Shown here piece by piece: positions 37,285 through 51,283 of a DNA stretch of 64,000 nt (positions within the stretch are counted from its first letter, which is position 1; every line of letters begins with the position of its first letter). This stretch comes from Takakia lepidozioides (lineage: Eukaryota; Plantae; Bryophyta), in NCBI GenBank assembly GCA_030704615.1, contig JAKLZA010000030.1, positions 1 to 64,000 of the forward strand, in the 5' to 3' direction. The notes beneath the pieces are model-generated. The model had not been told where the DNA came from. It ran no database searches and saw nothing but the letters and a program-made list of their open reading frames with translations. A program made the translations under genes and the position numbers.

Positions 37285-38300
37285 TTTTAATAAAAGACCT
37301 TTCCTCGGCTAAAGGAGATATTCTTGTCTTAACTGGCATAAGTTCACATTACTCTAGACACTGCTATGCCCACAATTCAACTTCATTATACATCCCTAGA
37401 AAATGCTTGGGACACAAGCCCACAAATTCATCTCCTCAACCCCGACAACATACCCCGTAAACAAACCACTCTAAAATTCTTTATGCAATTTAACATCACC
37501 ACAATTAGACAACTCACAGATGCTAATGGCACCAAACTTATCGACCCACATGCTTTTCGACTAAAATACCCCAAACCACCATCGCGTTCCCAACATGTTC
37601 ATTTGCAATACCTCCAAACACTACTATGTTTTCCCACTCCTGCATGCATAGCACACATTTGTTCAAGACAATGTAACTCTTCTCCCATCATCCATGGGAG
37701 CTGCTCCCTCAATATTCATCGAGGCCGGCGCAAAACCAAATCCAAGCACTATTTCATGGCTGCCCTAAACCCAACAAGCGTCCGTTCCACACAACCACAA
37801 GCACCCTAGCCGCAACCAACCCAACCAATTGCTACATCATCGCCATTTGTTGATCACCCCGTAAGACACCCCGTAACACCCATCCACACATTAGATGAAA
37901 TACAAGGTATAACTCAAACAATGTCATCGGATCAATATGGAGCCACATGTGTCAAAACTCTGTATAATTGTCAATGGAAGGGAATACTCCCAAACGTAAC
38001 ACCTGGGAAAACAATGATTATCTTTTTAACACCCACGGAAACCCCAATCTACACCATAATATTCAGATGGTTACCGAACACCACCGACGAACCAATTATC
38101 GCATATTCATACCCAACACGCAGATGAACCACAAACCAGTGATAGACGCTTCATCAGCCCACCAAGAAGTATCCCAAATCTACACATCTCTATAGCTGAA
38201 TGTAAACCAGATAAACATCTTGAAGTCTCAACCCCACATTCACACTCATAATAACTTGGCACACATATATGGTCCACTAGGGTACTACATTGGTAGCATT
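37285..38300 (+). mobile_element. C/A-rich retroelement coding fragment, possibly a LINE, with a chromodomain-like segment
   Basis: Strong C/A strand bias and ORF remnants. Across a frameshift it reads LYNCQWKG..PKRNTWENNDYL. Confidence 0.35.
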
Positions 38301-41250
38301 TGTTAGAGGGCTGCTTGGGACTTAGACGCTTTTACGGGTTCTGTGGGGTACCCTTAATTTTTGCGCAGACTGAGACCAACAGGAGCCTTAGGGGTGGCAG
38401 CAGCAGGCTTAGGGGGGTTACACAGCCCGCCACAGCTTCGCACAGCCCGACACAGCCCATCACAGCCCGCCACAACTTCGCACAGCCCGACACAGCCCGT
38501 CACAGCCAGTCACAGCCAACAGCCCGACACAGCCGACACAGCCGCCACACAGCCACACAGTCACAGCCCGACACAGCCTTACACAGCCAGTCACAGCTTG
38601 ACACAGCCTATCACAGTACATAGGGAACAGTTATCATTGACAAGGAACGACTGTGAGGGAATGACATCTGCAGAGGGAACGGGTTACTTTAGGGATGACG
38701 GTTAGTTAGTTAGGTGGTTAGAACAGCTTGGGGGTAGATAAGGAGAGCAGCAACGAAAAGAATGACACTTCACGGGGGAGCGCTTGGGGGTCATGCATGA
38801 GAGGAGATCAGGCGGAGAGGAAGAAGGAGAGCACGGAGAAGCAGGAGAGATGAACAGTAGATGCTTGTTACATACAAAGCTGTAGTGATACTGTAGGACA
38901 GATTAGTGTCACCATGGCATCGCCCTGATAACTGATAAATCATAATCTGATACTTATTCGATACAATCGCACTGTATAGAGAGACATTAGTGAAGCTGTG
39001 GAATGAATGCATGATTCACTGGAATTTAGTAGATACTGAAGCAATCTGATGCTTCAGTATAACACGGTAAGGTAAATTGATAACATGAAGGCGAGAAGGA
39101 ATACAAATAGGAAGCACAACCATGATACACTAGCTGCAGGTCATGACTGATTGTTCTGAGCGGGCTGAGTGCTTAGAGATATCCAACTCTTCTATCTTGG
39201 AGTTTCCACCTCGGATAGCGAAGGGCTGGGTGAGTAAAAGCCGCCTGACATTTGGCGACCATACTGGGGAACTGGGTCATGAACAGCCAGATATGACAGA
39301 CATCTGGTGGGATCATGGTGGTTGGAGAATTAAAGAATTTGATGTGAATCAATTTCCCTGTGAAACTGAGAAGGAAAGATTGTCCAAACAATTCTTTCAG
39401 AGGTTCTTGGAATTGCCAGACGGTTGTAAGGAAAACATTCTTAAGAGAATGCATGATGCTGATCCCGAGTGGGGTCTGGAGAAAGGGGTGATAAAGATTT
39501 ATCAGGTGGCCTGTAGAGGAAGAGCACGTTGGTTACCAACACTGGTTTATGTGATAGCATTGCTATCCATTAAGCGAGTAGAGTTTGAAGGCTGGGAGGA
39601 AAGTAAGGTGAATGTTTATACTCATATGCATGAGGAGCTTGTACTGGTAAAGAATTGGATTCCAAAGGATATTTTGTGGATCAAACTCACACCAAGAACA
39701 ACTTTCCAGACTTGTTTGCCATATGGTTATATGGTAACGGAGACTTCTAGTATAGCCAAGGGCATGGAAGCTTGAAAGAAACCCAAGCATATATGAGAGA
39801 TACTACAGAAGAGAGTTTTGGTTATTGCCACATTAAAGAAATGAAAGACATGGGACATGAGTGATGAAAGAGAAGCTAGACTCTAGAGATATTCAGCAAA
39901 AAGATAAAGTTATCTGAAAGCTAATTATCCATATCTTTGGGAGAGAGGAATAGACAAGGGGAATCATCTGGACCTCTCACACCATTAAGATCAGAGAGTA
40001 CATCATCCATACCGGAAGAACTAGAGTTGGATACCACTCCTTCTTTTTCTTTGCAAGAAAGATTAAGGGAATTGGTACTGGAAGAAGATCAACCACGAGG
40101 TGAAAGATCTGAGGTACATCCCTGGATAAAAGATTTGACAGAAATCTTTGATAAGAGTTGGCATGGAACAGCAAAAGCAAGAACCAGTTTCTGAAACGGA
40201 AAATGAAGAATGAGGAGAGGATGTGGCAGAGCCAACGGAGAGTTCAGACTCTCCAACACCGTTGCAGTTGAGTTACATGAGTGAAGAAGAAACCCAAGGG
40301 CAGAACTTGGAGGATGAAAACAGAGAGAAGAAACTGGAAGAGGAAGAGTATGAAGAAGTATACCCAACAGCTGAGGTTGAGACTACAACCAGGACATCCC
40401 AACCCGTTGGACCTGGATCAAGTGGAGCACTTGGATCAGAGGCCAACGAAGGTGTCGGCTCAGGGGGCAGCCTGGATCTGGCTCTGGGGGGACAGGAGTG
40501 TGGGAAGTAGTGCAACTAGAGCTGGCCCACCAGTACTTGCCAGGGGGGGAGTTGTTCCACCACTCAAGGTCCTCACCCACACGCCCCCAGTCAAGTCAAG
40601 GGGGCACCAGCAAGGTTCAATGGGCAAAAGGTAGGGCCACAAATGGCGTTACAACCAACACGGGCAAAACCACCTTTTCCAATATATTTAGGAAAAGGGG
40701 ATCCTGATGTACACATTAGCCAATTGAGCACATGTGTATTGTGAACAATGAGAATGACGATGATGCCAAGATGAGACTGTTTCCTTGTTCACTTATCAAG
40801 AAAGCAAGTGAATGGTATGCAAGATTCCCTGATAATCATTTCCTAACCTGGAATGGCTTGAATACAACATTCCGAAATAGGTTCAGGACAAGTAAAACTG
40901 AGGATGAAGTGTATGGAAATTTACAACAGTTAAAGCAAAAGAAGCATGAAACTGTTGAGGAGTATATGGAAAAGATGGAATTGATGGTGAAAAAGCTGGC
41001 TGCTGTACCAGCATCAAGTTTACAGAAGACTTGGTTTGTGAGTGGACTATGACTAGAGTTGCAAAAGAAAGTGGATATGTTACCCCATAATACAGTGGAG
41101 GAGGCATTTGAAACAGCGAACAGAATTGAGCAATTGGGAATGCTCATGAGGGAGAAAAGGGATGATGAGGACTCTGAGGATGAGTCAGATGAGGAAGAAG
41201 AGCAAGAGCTAAAGGAAGAGTAAGAGGAATGAGAAGTTGAAGAGGGATAA
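38301..41250 (+). mobile_element. Tat/Ogre-like copy 2: 5' LTR 38301-39250, PBS, upstream ORF 39143-39775, truncated gag
   Basis: Collinear with 9605-12400 and ends abruptly after the acidic stretch of gag. Confidence 0.9.
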
Positions 41251-41844
41251 CTCAGTGGCTGCCTAAATTGGCTGAGGGATTTTGTATCAATTTAGATTTT
41301 CCCTATGTGCTTAAAGTACTCCAGTTTGATCATCACAGCATGGATGAATAGTATGTAACATCTCTAATTGTGGTGTAAATTTGTATCTCTTTGTAAGTCC
41401 CCAAAACCTAACCCCACCTGGCTGGTGCACCAAAATGACAACTAGTCAAGCTTCACAGAGGAGAAGAGATAGTAGACTAAGTAGCAGGATGTCAGAAACT
41501 GCTGATACGGCCCACTTAAGAGCTGTTTCTTGGAGCCCTCCTCAATGCGACTCATATTTGTCCAGCTGATATATTCCTCCAGAAAATGTTTGTATTTGCA
41601 GTGGTAACGTTTACATTCAAATCACTCGTAGTATTCACACGAATATGGGATACTGTTGGAAGCTCTTTATCATTTGGATCACTAGTATACTCAAATCTGC
41701 CAACACCAACACAGTAGACATAATGTCATTTATGCAGGGTGCTTGCGGCGTAACATTCCATTTGTATCCTTGATATAGGATATTAGTTTGAACAAGTTCA
41801 GCTGTTTAGTGTAAGCCAGTGAAAGTGGCACCGATGGTTTGCAA

Positions 41845-44115
41845 TTAGCTGAGTCCCTCAAATCTGCAGAGGGGGTGAGGATTGTCAAGAAGGATCAGAA
41901 AGTGCAAAAAATGACGACATATACCTCTGACTTTCTTGGCCTCCCCACCACCACTTGGCCTCTTCTGGAAGGGATGGAAAAATGCAGGAGAAGGAGTAGT
42001 AATGGAGTGGTGGACTCTGGCATTGATCCCACACACCCCAGGTTGCAAACAGCTCCTCGGAGCCATATCTGACAATTCCATCATTCACATGAACCTGTGA
42101 AGTTGGGCCTGCATTCCCTTTGGGTTCTTGCAACGGGAAAATTGTAGGAGCCCGCCACTTTGCAGCATCTGCAATTGCTCAAGGTTTTTTCAATTCAACA
42201 AGAGATCTTGCTTCTCCCTGTGATGTGGATGGCCATGGCAGGTGGGTTCGTGTTGCTTGAGATTATATCGGATTCTGCTCGCTGTTGTCCGTTTTTCCGT
42301 CACCCTCTTGATTTCTGTCTCTGCATTGTTTCTGTGATTGCCCATATTTATCTCTATTGGTCCTTGCTTCCATAGTATGTGTCCACTGTCTTCTTTGGGG
42401 TTGCTGTGCTGGACATTCTTCTTCCTCTTGTGGCTCTCCCTCTCTCTTTTCATCTTGATCTCCGGATCCCACCTTCTTTCCTCTCTCTCCAAGTTCGCTG
42501 CCAAATGGTTGAGTGAGAGAGGAGAAGATGAAGAAATCTACTAGGGGTCCATGGAGGCCCAGAGGCCTAGACATAGGTTCTTGACAAAATTCTTCGTTTA
42601 ATACCGGCTTTATCAAAGACTGAACATTCTAAGCCTTGGTTGTCAATATCCTTGCTTTGTTTTGACCACAGGGAATGGAGGACCCAGCATGGGGTCAATA
42701 CTGTCCTATAGTCCTTGGGTCACCACTGTGGTGGCATCCACCACTGATCGCTCCTACCCAAAGTCACTTGTACTTGGCAACAATGTCACCCTTCCCGGAG
42801 TTGGCCTGCCAGAAATTTCTCTACAAAGAGGGACTTAACAGTGTATGTTTTTTGATGTCACAAGCTATTGTTCTTGTACGGGACGAAACCCTCTCTCTTT
42901 AGCAAGATAGAATAACTGGAATTGAGATCTCTTCCGACTTCCATCTCTTACACTGTTCTCTGGCTAGCAAAGCAGTATGTGGATCTCTTCAAATATCGTT
43001 CTTTCTTTCTTCTCTCTTAGGTGTAAGCTCAGTTATGAACCACGGCATGTCTCACTCATGTCAGCCTCTTGGCATCTTCCCACCACTTACATTTTCTTAG
43101 AACTAAACAGAAGTACATCACAACAAGTTCTATCTCCGTGAAATTGGTTGCAGCTCCTACAAGTGGGTATGAAGTATTCAGATTGGTTTCAGCAATTGAT
43201 GCTTTCAATGGGGACAGCTCTTACGTCGATGTAACTGATTGCCAGGATCCAAGGGCATTTGACATATCCAAAGTCCAGGGAAACATTCTCCTGTGTCTAT
43301 TATCCATTGATTTTTCGTCCCAAACTGCCACCATCGAGAAAGTTGGGCAAACCGCCAGTGCTCTTGGAGCTAGTGGATTTATATTGGGCTCTTGATCCTG
43401 CAATAGGTATACATCCTGGCCCCCAACTCCTGCTCCTGTTCCTGGAAGTGTTTTGACCGACATGGACTCCTCCAAGGTGCGTCAATCCTCAATCTTGTGT
43501 GCATGCATGCATGCATGTGATTCCTCTCATTGCCTTTCTGTGGTATGGTTTGACTTAATAACTCCATGCAGAATTGTGACCATGCAGATACTCTTGAACC
43601 ATTATAGTGAATCAACAGTGCGAGATGTGGCAGGCAAGCCCATCACATTTGGTGCCCTGGCGAGAATGACAGATGGGCGGCAAGCTGTTTATGGTGGTGA
43701 AGCCCCAATTGTTACCTACTATTCCTCAAGGGGTCCAGACCTTCTCAACGTGTACCAGCCTGCAGATGTGTTGAAACCTGATATTTTGGTGCCCGGTGAT
43801 TTGATCTGGGGAGCATGGAGCCACCTTAGTACAGATGAAGGGTTTCTTTTAGGTAGGCGGTTGACAGTCCAAAACGTGGGTGCAACAGAAACTTATTCTA
43901 TCGATGTTGTAGCACCCACAGGGTGGTCAGCCACTGTGAGTCCCCTGGAGTTTACTTTGCAGCAGGGAGAGTCAGTGGCAATCTCCATGACTCTCGCAGC
44001 CATTGAAAACTCTCTGGATGCATTCAGTTTTGGAGAGCTACTAATGTTGGGCAACACTGGTCACATAGTTCGTGTACCCATAACAGTCTCATCTTGCTCA
44101 GTCACACATTTGTAG
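41845..44115 (+). pseudogene. SBT2-type subtilase paralogue lacking the N-terminus, several middle exons and the catalytic-Ser segment
   Basis: TTYTSDFLGLP, VVDSGIDP, CNGKIVGARHF, DGHG, YYSSRGPD..LKPDILVPG, Fn3-like HIVRVPI. No SGTSMA. Confidence 0.75.
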
Positions 44116-44963
44116 AGCTCCATTGCGTCCCCTCGCTGTACACAGACTCGAGGTGTGATACTGAGGTGTGCAAAGTTGGACTACCACTTTGACCATGAAG
44201 AGATGTGGTCAGAGATACAATAGAATTAAGTAAGAGAAACAACTTATCAACGACATAGTTATAAAACTTCAAATGATAACAGGCATGCCCTCACTTGGAG
44301 TCCAAAGTTGCTGCCAAATGTCAGAGAATTTGACTGACAGTAACTTCTTGGGGAACTTAGCCTCCAATTTATGGAAGCAGGGGTGTTACATAGATACCCA
44401 TGACAGATGCCACTAGCACTAGCTGATGTACTATGAGGCATTGGGACTGTTATCTACAGGAGATGAAAATGAAAGTCCAAAATTTTGTACTTTGCACAAG
44501 CATCGGGTTCGGCAGAATCGGGTATCTATGCTCGCGGTGAATGCAATTACTTCCACTCCACCATCTCTTAGTGCGGGCATTTCAGTTGTCAGTTAGCTTC
44601 CATCAATAACAGGCATTCAAAGCAAATACAGCCTTTCAAGCTCAGTACTTCCAAGTTGAAATGCACTGTTGACAAGACAATTCCCAGCACACTTGAATGC
44701 AACCAAGAAACACACACGGTTGAAGTAAAAGTATATATCAGCTTCGTCTTCTTGGCAATCCAAAAGCCAAAGCCAAATTCAACCTCAATCCAAAAGCCAA
44801 ATTCTTCTTGGAATTCAACCTCAAACTTGCCATATGTGGAGCCCAAGGTGATCTGAGTAACTGTCCATTGTCGAGGATTCATTGGTCATCCCACCATAAA
44901 AGAAAAGGCAACGTCATTTAGAGTACAGACTGGTTTCGATGCAATGGAATTCAACCTACATCG

Positions 44964-46183
44964 CTATGAAACTCTCATCGACGAGGAATCTTCGTAATCG
45001 AACTTGATATCTACCCTCCTGAATTCGTCGCTAAGCTCAATGTATTCGACAGTGCTAAGATCCTTGTCGATGAGCTCCTTGCTATATTCTTGATACTCGG
45101 GCTTCACCCGGCGTACAGGGACTGTGACAGAGTAGACTGTTCCAAGGTCAGGGTCAGAAGTGACATCCAGCTGCACCTTCTCCTCCGACTCTATCTCTAC
45201 AAAATCAGAGAGTGCGCCCACAATGTTGGTCACAATTCGTCGCTTGGCCTCATCATTCACAGAGCAACGATCCGAAATGAGGATCATTTTGAGGCGCTGC
45301 TTGCAATCTCAGCATTGGAAGATCGCTTGACTTTGGGAGGAACAAAATCTGCCATGCCCGTGCCAATCGATCAAAGAAGTTCTCCTCCTTATCATTGTCA
45401 CTGATAGAGAACCTTGGGAATTGTTAGTGATCGCGATGTCAGGCATGCCCGAATCATGAAGCTGTGCTCGGCATGGCTGCGTCCTCTCAATTCTGTGACA
45501 TCCTAACTTCGTTTCCAACCCCAAGCTAACCCAAACTGGGCCTCTGGGACAATCGAAAACGGCACAGTCTCGTACTCACCTGGCCAAGCAGAGTACCGTC
45601 AGAGAAGCAAGCATTCCTCTGCAAGCCCATACTTCTCGCTCAGTAATCCTACTCTCTAACCGGCCATGATTGAAGTGCTCCCAACATACCAAGAACTCTC
45701 TGACATGTACAGCAGAAGGACACAGAACGCCTCTGCCACTGAAGATCTCACCAAACAAACTCTACCTCATCGAAAGACTCTACTGATCGAGACGAGGCAT
45801 CACTTACCCTGACGGATGCTACAGAAGCCAATTGAAGTGCTGCCCCCTGCCATTGTGCGCTCGGAACCGACTGAGCAATACTACACATCCTCAAACAACG
45901 CCCTCGAAGAAGCCCACTCCCTCCCAGGTGTGCAGTGATGAACTGCTTGTCTACAACGCGGTTGGATGCAGCTTCACAATCTGCACAGAGAACTTCCGAG
46001 ATGGTTTCCCTCTCAGCTTCCCAGACGGCCTTCCTCGGCTTCCGACATGGCAACCGTCTGACACTCTCACCGCCTTCCTGCCAACTGGGTTTCAAAACTC
46101 CTGCTCTCCCAAACCTGCTCCTCCCCCCTCCTCCCAACCACGTGGAAAGCAGAAGCTTCTCTTACTACAAACCCTAATCCCAT
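44964..46183 (-). CDS. MinE1: Plastid division topological specificity factor MinE, two coding exons (~46183-45752 and 45400-44964)
   Basis: FFDRLARAWQIL..SNAEIA.QRLKMILISDRCSVNDEAKRRIV.NIVGALSDFVEIESEEKVQLDV..D.DLGTVYSVTVPVRRVKPEYQ. The start of exon 1 is approximate. Confidence 0.92.
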
Positions 46184-49100
46184 CAAACAGGGCTGCAGCT
46201 CAAATTCCTTTGCCAACTCAACAAGGCGGGAAAGCCCTTTTCTTTCCTTTTTCTTTCTGTTTTAGGGATTGTGGTATTTGGCTTCCAGAGGACTTAAAAG
46301 AAGATGGAAACTGGAAATTGAGTAGAGGGAGAGAATCCTGGTTAGACTGCTGGGAGTGCTGGGAGTGTTGGGAGTCCCAACTCGGAACGGAAGCTTTCCA
46401 GAATTCTGTGAATCTGGGAGAGGGAGGTACCGGGAGTGTTGGGAGTATATGGTTTGGAGGCAGGGATGGACGGGAGGGACGCATCGCCTGCTGAGATCTG
46501 CCGAACTAATCTCATGTGGACTCGTTGGGACTGGTGAACATCAAAGGCTGCACGTTGTAAGTAGTCTGGGATCGACATGTCATAGAGATCTGCCGAGCTT
46601 CTTGAGCACGCCACACACAAGTATCAAGTAGAACCAGGCAAGCTGCAGTCGCCTACCGCATGCAACTTCCCAGTGCGGAAATGCGAAGGTACGATGGATT
46701 TTTAGTATTGGAACACATTTGGTCTTAAGTTTAGCCTCTTGCAAGTTGTATAAACGACTCAGGATAAAAGGGTGCGATTTTTCTTATCAGCACAGGGTGC
46801 AGCCCAAACGAAGCACTGAGTTGAGGCATGGCAAGAGAGCTCCGTTTAACGTGAATAAGCACGGTGTGTAGGACTTGGGGGATCAAACACAACGTACAAG
46901 TATGCAGATTCTCACGAAGAACTTCGCTTCAGTGTGCAGATCTTTACTTGATACAAAACACGGAGCTGCCACTTGAACTTATTCCCAGGCCTGCAAACTG
47001 CATGTACACGGCTGCGGCACCGATCGTAACATAGGATTAATTACCCCCATTCCGCAACATCCCCACCCATTACATATTCTGAAGCCATTGCCCCTTCCAA
47101 CAAAGCTAAGACTCAGAGTAAGATCATCGCACGCCTCTTCCCTCAGGAACTTAATGACAGATCTCTGGTGCCTGAACCTCTTCATCCACCCCCGCTCACA
47201 AACATCAGACTGCAGAATGTGTATTAGTTCTAGAACAGACAGCAATAGAGGGGTTCCAGTGCACGTATGGGCGACGTCTGTTCAGTACATATGCGGAATT
47301 ACAAGGACTCATGGAGCCGTGCAGACGCAGACCACCCGAGTGACTCCCTCCCACAATCCTTGGCGCTGTCAATTCCAACCGACGAGACTTAGTGATCCGC
47401 CATTGAAGCTGGCAGTAGATGTCGTAATCCTCTCTCGACCCTCGCTTCGCCATGGAATTGAAGTTTTCATTGCCTCCGAAGTTGTGCACTTCAATCAGCA
47501 ATAAAGCACCTCGCAGTCATGTTGAAGAAGCCAGATCACTATCTCTTGAGAGCCAAGAGTACAACGGCAAAGGGTGGAGGTGATGCACCTCCACGCAAGA
47601 GCAGCCATCAAAGCAACTCCGGAGCGAGCTGTTGATGAGCGAGAGAGACGATGAGAACGAATGTGCACCCACTCTGTCCACATAATTTTCCTTAACCCAG
47701 ATTAACTTCCAACGACTAATATATATCCCATAACTTTTGCCCATATCTTTGTACTGCCCACTTATAAATATCGGGGCCCTCCCTTACTTCCCGGCTGTGC
47801 TCGGAGAAATTCTTTTTCTCGGATGTTGATCCAGTAATAAAACCGAAGTATTTCTTCCTATCTAAATATGCGTGTCTGAGATTCTGCGACCCGGTACGCC
47901 GGAGCGGGTCCCGGCCTCTGCCGGGATCCAGCGGGCGTATATGTGCCCATGCGTGCATTAAACACGCTGATGATCCATCGATTCTAATCGATGGCTGGGC
48001 ATTGATTGTGAGGGGGCTTGTGAGTGATATTTAGGCGTAACCTATATTCTAGAGTATGAATCGGTAGCCAGGCAGGAATAATGCTTTAGGAAGATTGGCA
48101 GTGTGGGATCGGCAACACTCACACTGCGGCCCCTGACTTAATAACTGCCTTGCAGTCAGCTGCCTGGCCTTGAGACTCTGGTGCACAAATGAGAAGAGAG
48201 AAAACCCAGTTGTTCACACTCACACATGGCCCCATAGCCAATGCGGGAGTGAGGAGAACGAGCGCTGTTACCACTACCTATGCCTCACGCCGACACGACC
48301 GGTAGTGTATGTCCAATCACCTCCACCATTTTCTGACACTGCAGTTTGCAAGGGCACGAGATCCAACATCACAGACAGCATCACAACCTTGGCCGCATCC
48401 AGAGTCCAGACATGGTGGGGGCGATTGCACGACATCCCAAAATATGCCTTCTCGCTCATTCTTCACGCATCAATCGTTTTGTCTCGGTTCTTTTGCTGTT
48501 ATTTTGTCACGACTTTTGCTACAGCTTCCTCTTCATTTAAAAAATTAGTAGCCTACATACTTTTGCAGATTGAGGCAGCCAAAAGATTCAAATTCGCAAC
48601 CTATTTAGACGTTCCAGAGTATACAGATGCTTCCTGCTCTACCTTGATAGCTTTCAATTCATGAAGTAATTGTACTACGCTGCTACAAGACTCGACATTG
48701 TTAGCCAAATAGAGGGCCAGAGCAACGGAGGGAGCTTGAAGACAAACAAAACTCCAATCTCGTCAGTCACATAAGTCTCGTTTCCACTCTGCCTCAGCGA
48801 GGCCTTGCCGAAAGTATTTATCCCTGCCTAAAATTAAAGACACATCAGTCTCTACGATGGTACTCTCCACCTTATCATCATCCATCCAAACTTCATCTCA
48901 AACCATCCACAAATATGCACATCCATCCAAGGCTCATCCAACTTCTCACAGAAGATATTATCACCCTGGTTCAGACAGGGCAGCGGGCAGCCTGCGGTCG
49001 TAGTTATGACGCATTAACCGCAGTAACTATAATTACGCCAGCCTGGTCTTGCGCTTGGGGGCTGTGTTTTGGCAGGCTAAAGTCTGGCGAAACCTGGTTA

Positions 49101-50445
49101 TATTCATATTCTGGATTATTTACTTACCAATTATGAGATGATGCCATCGCCATAATTAATACGCCAGCCTGGTTTTACGCTTCGAGTTTCGAGAAAATAG
49201 GCGGCAATTGGCGAGTAATATAAAAAAACGCTGCCGACCTAATCTGGCTGTAGCCCTAATAAGTGCTGCCCGACTGCTCATGCGTACAAACGATATGGGA
49301 CTATTCAACCATCATTACGTGCATGCTCCCCCGCCATCATCCCTGTCAGCCCTTGTCCGCCACCTTTTCCAATCTATTTCTTATTCTACTTCTTGCCCTA
49401 ACTTCTACTCTCACAATTCTCCTATTTTGTATTTAGTCGAATTTATAAGGCCCATTCTGTTCCTCCTTTGTTTTATCAGAAGAAAAAGGCTACTATTTGA
49501 AGCATCCTGGTCTATATGGCGACAGAGGCAAGTAGGTGGAAGGATTTGAACCCAGAATCAGCTGGGTGTCGCTCTTGATGTATCTTCATACTTGTGACCT
49601 TACTTACTACGACTGTACAGTCCTTCACCGCTTGTTTCTTGTTGCCATTATTATTATTATTTACTAATGACTCATATATACTTTTGTGTATATAATTTTT
49701 TAATAAAACAAATAAAAGGGCTGTACGGTATATTCTATGGCTATGCTCTTTCTTTTCTTCTTTTTAACAAATTTATAATTGTGAAATATTTGTATAGCAT
49801 ATTTATAGGTTGAGTTCCCGTGTTGCGTCCCAAAAGAAGGGGCGACCGGATGGACCACCGGTTGCGTTTTGGGAGGAGTAGGAAGCGCCGGTGGAAGTGA
49901 CCGGTCAGAAGCGGTTGGTGTGACAACTGGACACTTGCCGCGCTTCTTCGTTACGTACCACCGTAGCGCTTTTCTGTTCACCGGATTTCTCCGGTGGCTA
50001 GAACGGGTCGCCCCGGTCGCCCCGGAGGTCCAATCTCGAGTTCTGGGCTGCGAGGTTCAGGGCTCGAATCCCTGTGGCGAACTTGATATGGTGGGTTTGA
50101 ATTGAACCCAGGGGTGACGGCTAGGGGTGCAGGCCTGCATATTGAGGGGTGCCGGTATAGTGCAGTGTGGGGGGTGATGTGGAATGAATTTGGAGGGCCC
50201 ACCAAATTTTGTCTTTAGAAATGTGGGCAGAGAGCTCGGGTTCAGTGAGAGACACGACTGAAATTTGTTGTGCGAAGAGGGTGTAATTCTTGGCAGGCCC
50301 TTCGCAGTACTGCAGCTCAGTCTTTGGCTTCACTCAACTCCTCTTTGTTTCACTGAAGGGAAGGCGAGACGAGAGAGATGCGTCTGTAGCTGTGTCAATG
50401 CTGGTGCTGCAGCCTATACCTTGTGTGTGCGGGATCTGTACAATA

Positions 50446-50641
50446 AGAGAGAGAGAGAGAGAGAGAGAGAAGAGATTGGAAGCAGATTGAGTAAAGTGGG
50501 AGGGTGGAAGGAGAGAATCGGATCGCTATGCAGCTCAGAGTGGGCATTGACGCAGCTTCCGTGAAGCCATTGTGAGTTGCTGATTGCACTGCCTAGAGAG
50601 TTACAGATGGTGTGTGTGTGTGTGTGTAGGAGAGAGAGAGA
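50446..50641. repeat. (GA)n and (GT)n microsatellites upstream of the subtilase gene
   Basis: GA run at ~50446-50469, GT run at ~50610-50626, GA run at ~50630-50641. Confidence 0.9.
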
Positions 50642-51283
50642 GGGTGCACTAGTAAATATGCAAATGCTGATCGTGATCCACACCTGAAGGTGAGAGTGTT
50701 CATTAACTGCGTCGGTCGATAGCAAACAGCTCCAGTTACCATACCGTCGGACGTATACTGCAGAGGAAGGTACAATGAAGGTACTTAGACCCAAAGATCC
50801 AATTGCAGCCTAGAGAGAAGAAAAAAATTATCGTGTTGGGAAAGGGAGGGAGAGAGGAATTCGGACGTTCAGGAGAGCTTAGGCATAGAGCGGGATAGTG
50901 GCGTCTGAGCTGGACAAGCCAATTGTAAAGAAGCGGAGAGGAGAGAGAGAGGGATCGGTTGCAGATTCTCGAGGGAAGCTGCTTGTATGACGCAGGAGAA
51001 AATCTGGACCGCAAGAGGATTTGATCTTTCGGGGTGCCTGAGCTGTCGGATCTAATGGGGGGTGAAACTGGAAATCAGTGGTGCACATAGACACTCAAAG
51101 GAATTGCTAGCGAGGTAAGAGGGAGAAGAGTTGGGAAGCAGGGAGACTTCCAAGGTCATACCTTTGCAGACAGAAAAGCGAGTGCTCCACTATGAGCTGG
51201 GGAAAGGTTCATAGAATGCGGAGGAATTTCCCAATGCAGGCATCCTACGTACTGCTATTACACTGCTGACATCAATACTTGCA

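Noticed and set aside
38420-38620. Repeat arrays (CACAGCC in the LTRs, 170-bp units) as CRISPR-like arrays
   Set aside because: No constant repeat with unique spacers, no cas genes, and the context is eukaryotic TE.
45832-46494. 220-aa plus-strand ORF
   Set aside because: It is antisense to MinE exon 1 and its promoter and has no recognisable domain.
48970-49350. Possible MITE with GCAG(T)CGGGCAGC inverted ends
   Set aside because: The inverted repeat is short and imperfect, there is no TSD, and it is single-copy in the window.
50045-50085. tRNA-like T-arm (CAGGGCTCGAATCCCTG)
   Set aside because: No acceptor, D or anticodon stems can be folded around it. At most a SINE-like B-box remnant.
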